Made by a program: the position numbers and the translations under genes. From positions 352,124 to 416,123 of the forward strand of contig PLXZ01000001.1 of the NCBI GenBank assembly GCA_003151615.1: a stretch of 64,000 bases of DNA. Direction: 5' to 3'. The DNA is from Candidatus Tayloriibacteriota bacterium. Lineage in GTDB: Bacteria > Patescibacteriota > Minisyncoccia > Phycocordibacterales > PALSA-1337. This document shows, in pieces, positions 59,840 through 64,000 of the stretch (position 1 is its first letter; every line of letters begins with the position of its first letter). The notes beneath the pieces were generated by a model. It was not told where the DNA came from. It ran no database searches and saw nothing but the letters and a program-made list of their open reading frames with translations.

Positions 59840-60960
59840 TGAAGGATTTCGCCGTCGGCGTGCGCAATTCGATAATCCGCGCTTGTTATCGCTGGATCAT
59901 GAAACCGTTTTTTTTCCGGCACGACGCCGAAATGGTGCATGACAGGGTGACATTTATCGGCGCGAAGCTTGGCGAATACACGGTTGCGCAATGGGCGACG
60001 AAAGTATTCTTCGGATATTCGAATAAAAAACTGGAGCAAAAAGTGCTCGGCATTTCGTTTGCCAATCCGGTCGGATTGGCGGCGGGCTTCGACAAGGAGG
60101 GTCAGTTGACCGACATTATACCGAGCGTCGGTTTTGGTTTCGAGGAAATCGGATCGGTCACCGGATATCCCTGCGCAGGCAATCCGAAACCGCGCCTCTG
60201 GCGGCTCAAAAAATCAAAAAGTCTCGTCGTGTATTACGGGTTAAAAAACCGCGGTTGCGAGATTATCGCCGCGCATTTAAAAACAAAAACATTCAAAAAC
60301 CGCATCGGTACGAGCGTGGCTATGACAAATTGGGCGAAAAATAACGACATTGCTGTTGCGATCGAGGATTATGCAAAAGCTTTCAAAGCTTTTGCATTCA
60401 TCGGTGATTACTTCACTATCAACATCAGCTGTCCGAATACGCAGGGGGGACAGCCGTTTCTCGATCCGGCCAGTTTGGACCATTTGCTCGATGCTTTGGA
60501 AAAAATAAATACGAATAAAGCCGTTTTCATAAAATTATCTCCTGACATGACGGTTTCCGCGGTCGACGCCATTCTCGACATTGCCGAAAAACACCGCGTT
60601 CACGGAATCATCTGCGCCAATCTGACTAAAAAAAGAAATGCGGACAAAATTGCCGATAAAAACGTTCCCAAAGTCGGGGGACTGAGCGGCAAACCCGTTT
60701 CCGGAATGTCCGACAGCCTCATCGCTCATATATATCGCAGATACAAAGACCGCTTCGCAATCGTCGGCGTCGGAGGAATTTTTTCGGCGGAAGACGCGTA
60801 TCGGAAAATGAGGCTCGGGGCGTCGCTCGTGCAATTGATCACCGGCATGATATTTGAAGGTCCGCAGATCGTGAGCGAAGTCAATCGGGGCCTGGTCAAA
60901 CTTTTAAAACGCGATGGTTTCGCGAATATAAGCGAAGCGGTCGGCGTCGATGCCGTATAA
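59839..60960 (+). CDS. pyrD: dihydroorotate dehydrogenase (class 2)
   Basis: NPVGLAAGFDK, GNPKPRL, NISCPNT, KLSPD, GGLSGKP, GVGGI. Confidence 0.94.
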   Translation: MKDFAVGVRNSIIRACYRWIMKPFFFRHDAEMVHDRVTFIGAKLGEYTVAQWATKVFFGYSNKKLEQKVLGISFANPVGLAAGFDKEGQLTDIIPSVGFGFEEIGSVTGYPCAGNPKPRLWRLKKSKSLVVYYGLKNRGCEIIAAHLKTKTFKNRIGTSVAMTNWAKNNDIAVAIEDYAKAFKAFAFIGDYFTINISCPNTQGGQPFLDPASLDHLLDALEKINTNKAVFIKLSPDMTVSAVDAILDIAEKHRVHGIICANLTKKRNADKIADKNVPKVGGLSGKPVSGMSDSLIAHIYRRYKDRFAIVGVGGIFSAEDAYRKMRLGASLVQLITGMIFEGPQIVSEVNRGLVKLLKRDGFANISEAVGVDAV

Positions 60961-60989
60961 TGAACGTGAAATAATCACCACGATACAGT

Positions 60990-61643
60990 ATGCAAACCAC
61001 AAACACAAAAATGGGAAAATTAGTTTTAATTCGACATCATGAATCGGAGTGGAACAAGCTCGGCAAATGGACGGGATTGACTGACGTACATTTGACACTG
61101 TATGGTTTCGAGGAGTCGGAAGAAATGGGGAAGCAGATCGAAGACATTTGTTTCGATTGCGCGTTTGCATCGATGCAGGTGCGTTCGATTGAAACGCTCG
61201 CTTCGATTTTAACCATATGCAAAGCCGATCCGAAATTGCCGGTCGAACATGTTGCCGCGTTGAATGAGCGCGATTACGGCGACTATACCGGAAAAAACAA
61301 ATGGGAGATGGAGAAAATTCTCGGCGAAGAAAAATTCAACGAATTGCGCCGCGGCTGGGATTATCCCGTGCCTCACGGTGAGACGCTCAAAATGGTGTAC
61401 GAACGCGCAGTGCCGTTTTTTCTGGAGCGAGTGTTGCCAATTTTGCGCGAAGGCAAGAACGTTCTTGTCGTTTCCCACGGCAACACCATTCGTACGCTCA
61501 TCAAATATATAGAGAACGTTTCCGACGCTGATGTGGCACGGATCGAAATGCCATTTGGCGGCATTCTTATATATGATCTCGACGCCGACGGCCATATTGT
61601 GCACAAGGAAATGAGAATGGTCGCATCGACGGTGAATGCCTAA
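60990..61643 (+). CDS. gpmA: 2,3-bisphosphoglycerate-dependent phosphoglycerate mutase
   Basis: LIRHHESEWN, TGLTDV, LNERDYG, SHGNTIR. Confidence 0.9.
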   Translation: MQTTNTKMGKLVLIRHHESEWNKLGKWTGLTDVHLTLYGFEESEEMGKQIEDICFDCAFASMQVRSIETLASILTICKADPKLPVEHVAALNERDYGDYTGKNKWEMEKILGEEKFNELRRGWDYPVPHGETLKMVYERAVPFFLERVLPILREGKNVLVVSHGNTIRTLIKYIENVSDADVARIEMPFGGILIYDLDADGHIVHKEMRMVASTVNA

Positions 61644-61733
61644 CGTTTCCCTCACGCAATACCGGTCGTGGCGGCCTTTGACACCCCCAGACGGCGGTGG
61701 TAGTCTTCAAACAGACGGTCAAAAAAGAAAATT

Positions 61734-62696
61734 ATGAAAACAAATGTATTTGCAAACAGCGACGCACTCAAGCGGCTTTTGAGCCCTGATAACGTCGCAC
61801 CGCTCATCCAATTGCCCGAAGACCTCAACCCTTTTTACGCCGACGGCGTCGAAATTTGGGCGAAGGTCTACGGCGGAAACCAACACATTAAATTGGTAAC
61901 CGCCATTGGCATGCTCGAATCCGCACAGCAACTGGGCAAGCTCGACGGCGTCACCACGCTCGTCGAGGCCTCGTCGGGCAACATGGTCCACGCGCTCCAT
62001 ATCGTGAAGGATTGGTTCGGGATCAAGGAAGTCATTCCCGTCATCCCTCGCGACATTGCTCCCGGCAAGCTTGAAGTGATCCGCCTTCTGGGAATGGATC
62101 CGGTATTTTTCAAGGACAACGGAGTCGCTTTGGCTGAAGAGCTCGGCAAACGGCCCGGTCATTTGAACCTGAACCAATACCACAATGCCGCAAACCCTGC
62201 GGCGCACGAAAAACATACCGGCCCGCAGATTTTCGATCAGACCGAGGGTCACGTTCGCATTTTTGCGGCAGGTCTCGGCACTACCGGCACGATGGAAGGC
62301 GTCTGCCGTTTCCTCCGCGGACAGCTTGGGCCGAAAATCACGACGGTGGGCATTGTCTGCAAAGAAGGCAATCCCATTCCCGGCATACGCTCGTTTAAAA
62401 AACTGCGGGAAATCGGCTTCGCTTGGAAGGTGTGGAGCGATCATCTCATCGAGATGACCACGCCCGAAGCCTATTTGGCGAGCCTCAATATGCAGAAAAA
62501 AGGCATTTCCGCCGGACCAAGTTCGGGGGCAGCTCTACAGGGTCTGATTGATTTTATCCGCAAGGAAAAATCATCCGGCAAGCTGGACAGTTACCGCGGT
62601 CCCGACGGGAAAATCGTGGCGGTCTTCATATGTCCCGATGCGTGGGAAAAGTATATTGAGAAATACACCATGGCCCTCGATTCATTTCAGATCTGA
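61734..62696 (+). CDS. PLP-dependent cysteine synthase-like protein (divergent)
   Basis: EASSGN, NQYHN, GLGTTGT, GPSSGA, ICPD. Confidence 0.82.
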   Translation: MKTNVFANSDALKRLLSPDNVAPLIQLPEDLNPFYADGVEIWAKVYGGNQHIKLVTAIGMLESAQQLGKLDGVTTLVEASSGNMVHALHIVKDWFGIKEVIPVIPRDIAPGKLEVIRLLGMDPVFFKDNGVALAEELGKRPGHLNLNQYHNAANPAAHEKHTGPQIFDQTEGHVRIFAAGLGTTGTMEGVCRFLRGQLGPKITTVGIVCKEGNPIPGIRSFKKLREIGFAWKVWSDHLIEMTTPEAYLASLNMQKKGISAGPSSGAALQGLIDFIRKEKSSGKLDSYRGPDGKIVAVFICPDAWEKYIEKYTMALDSFQI

Positions 62697-62818
62697 TTGT
62701 TCAGATTTGGTTTCAATCGTATGGCGTGTCCTTTGCACAAAGGCGCGCCATTTTTTATTGCTTTTATTGCCGCCGCATGGAGTGCATGATAAAATCAAGC
62801 GGCGCAAGCTTCATTTTT

Positions 62819-63871
62819 ATGGAAAAACCTCTTACGTATGCGGATATGAAAAGCCAAACCGGTTTGACTGTTTTTTACGTGCCGCGCGAGGACGGGGGAG
62901 CGATTCTTCGGGCTGTGGCCGACGGTTCGCCGACAATCGAGGCCACTTTTTCACGTTCCAGAATCGATGAAGCCCACATTTTATATACTGAAGTCACAGA
63001 ACTTTTGGATTCGCGCGCGGCTTTACATGAAAGTCCTGCAAAAATCCGTGCAGTTGTCGAAAAATTATTCGCGGTATTTCGCGGAGAGAAAGTTTTTTTT
63101 ACTTCTGAAGACGCGGCTGGAGGTTCTTCTTCCGCTCCAAAACCCATCCGCAAGCCTTCCGGAGAATTTGTTGCCAATCCGGGTAAAAAAATTGAAATTG
63201 ATGTCGATGGCGTGATGTATCAACGCCTGCCGGTGCGTACGCGGCTCATAACCTTGCGCGATACCGATATTGTGCCGATTCTTGAAGAATATGTGAAGCC
63301 TTGGTTGAAGTCCGGCGATTTGTTATTTGTGAGCGAAAAAGCCCTCACCATTACGCAGGGGCGGGTTGTAGATATGAGTGAAGTCAAACCGTCGGCTCTT
63401 GCCCGATTTTTCGCCCGAAATATCGGCAATTATTACGGCTCAAGCAAGTTCCGCGGTTTCGGTCATGGCACCACGCTCGCCATGCAGTTGTTTATTGAAG
63501 AAGCAGGGTACGCGAGAGTTCTTTTTTCAGCGGCTGTTTCGGCTATCACTCGGCCATTCGGCATCCGAGGCATGTTTTATCGAATTTGCGGCAAGCGGGC
63601 GAAATCGATTGATTGCCCAATGTCTTTTTTGATTCTCGACTACGCGCACGCGGCAAAGCTCGCTCCGAATGATCCGAATGGCGTCGCACGTGAAATCCGC
63701 GGAAAACTCGGTTGCGAAACCTTCATCCTCGACGCCAACTATCGCGGCGCATTCACGCTCGGCAAATCGACGCGCTCGGTTTCCGAAGCATTCATCGGCA
63801 AACTGTTCGCCGACAATCCTCTTGGCCAATCCGACGAAATGACGCCGTTTTGCATTGTGCGGAGGAAGTAG
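62819..63871 (+). CDS. CofE-like (F420-0:gamma-glutamyl ligase family) protein with extra N-terminal domain
   Basis: VRTRLI, VSEKALTITQGR, SIDC, ILDAN, DNPLGQSDEMTP. Confidence 0.75.
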   Translation: MEKPLTYADMKSQTGLTVFYVPREDGGAILRAVADGSPTIEATFSRSRIDEAHILYTEVTELLDSRAALHESPAKIRAVVEKLFAVFRGEKVFFTSEDAAGGSSSAPKPIRKPSGEFVANPGKKIEIDVDGVMYQRLPVRTRLITLRDTDIVPILEEYVKPWLKSGDLLFVSEKALTITQGRVVDMSEVKPSALARFFARNIGNYYGSSKFRGFGHGTTLAMQLFIEEAGYARVLFSAAVSAITRPFGIRGMFYRICGKRAKSIDCPMSFLILDYAHAAKLAPNDPNGVAREIRGKLGCETFILDANYRGAFTLGKSTRSVSEAFIGKLFADNPLGQSDEMTPFCIVRRK

Positions 63872-63903
63872 TGTGATAAAATGGACGCACGTTAGAGAAA
63901 TAA

Positions 63904-64000
63904 ATGTCTAAGTTTCAACTCAAGCCAAAAGTCAATTCGTTACGAAAGTCAGGAAAAACTATTCGAGAAATTCAGAAAATAACCGGTCTATCAAAAAGCA
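63904..64000 (+). CDS. partial HTH-containing protein, truncated by the window end
   Basis: MSKFQLKPKVNSLRKSGKTIREIQKITGLSKS. Confidence 0.6.
   Translation, partial: MSKFQLKPKVNSLRKSGKTIREIQKITGLSKS

Overview
Bacterial window whose gene set and style (pilD with a block of GFTLIE minor pilins, O-antigen-ligase/TPR protein, AWWNP secreted proteins, many apparently leaderless starts, TGA used as stop) suggest a Patescibacteria/CPR, Parcubacteria-like organism; this assignment is an inference. Layout: (1) 1-16.6 kb, a minus-strand surface-glycan locus with flippase, glycosyltransferases, several methyltransferases, GalE, a GDP-heptose pathway (hddA/gmhA/gmhB-GT fusion/hddC) and an AcpS-FkbH-ACP-SDR-MBOAT acylation module. 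(2) 16.6-39.2 kb, envelope and core genes (ligase-like protein, surface proteins, murB, secA, obgE, type IV pilins/pilD, ligA, gatC/gatA) with candidate ncRNAs, a 24-bp inverted repeat and an antisense insert splitting gatC-gatA. (3) 39.26-50.9 kb, an island next to tRNA-fMet. It has a large serine recombinase transcribed away from a 28-bp site that recurs after the first cargo gene (integron-like geometry), a C4-antisense-like RNA switch before two secreted paralogs sharing an identical 36-bp block, a GH18 hydrolase, DUF2130, and a ParB-methyltransferase/HTH/terminase-ATPase operon with a GNRA-rich leader and no capsid or portal genes. (4) 51-64 kb, class III RNR (nrdDG) with iscS/iscU/flavoprotein, an ArsR-led glycerate/pyruvate operon with a miniature pyruvate kinase, pyrD, gpmA, and CysK-like and CofE-like genes. 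The island is the best candidate for an undescribed system. All calls come from motif recognition by eye; no searches were run.
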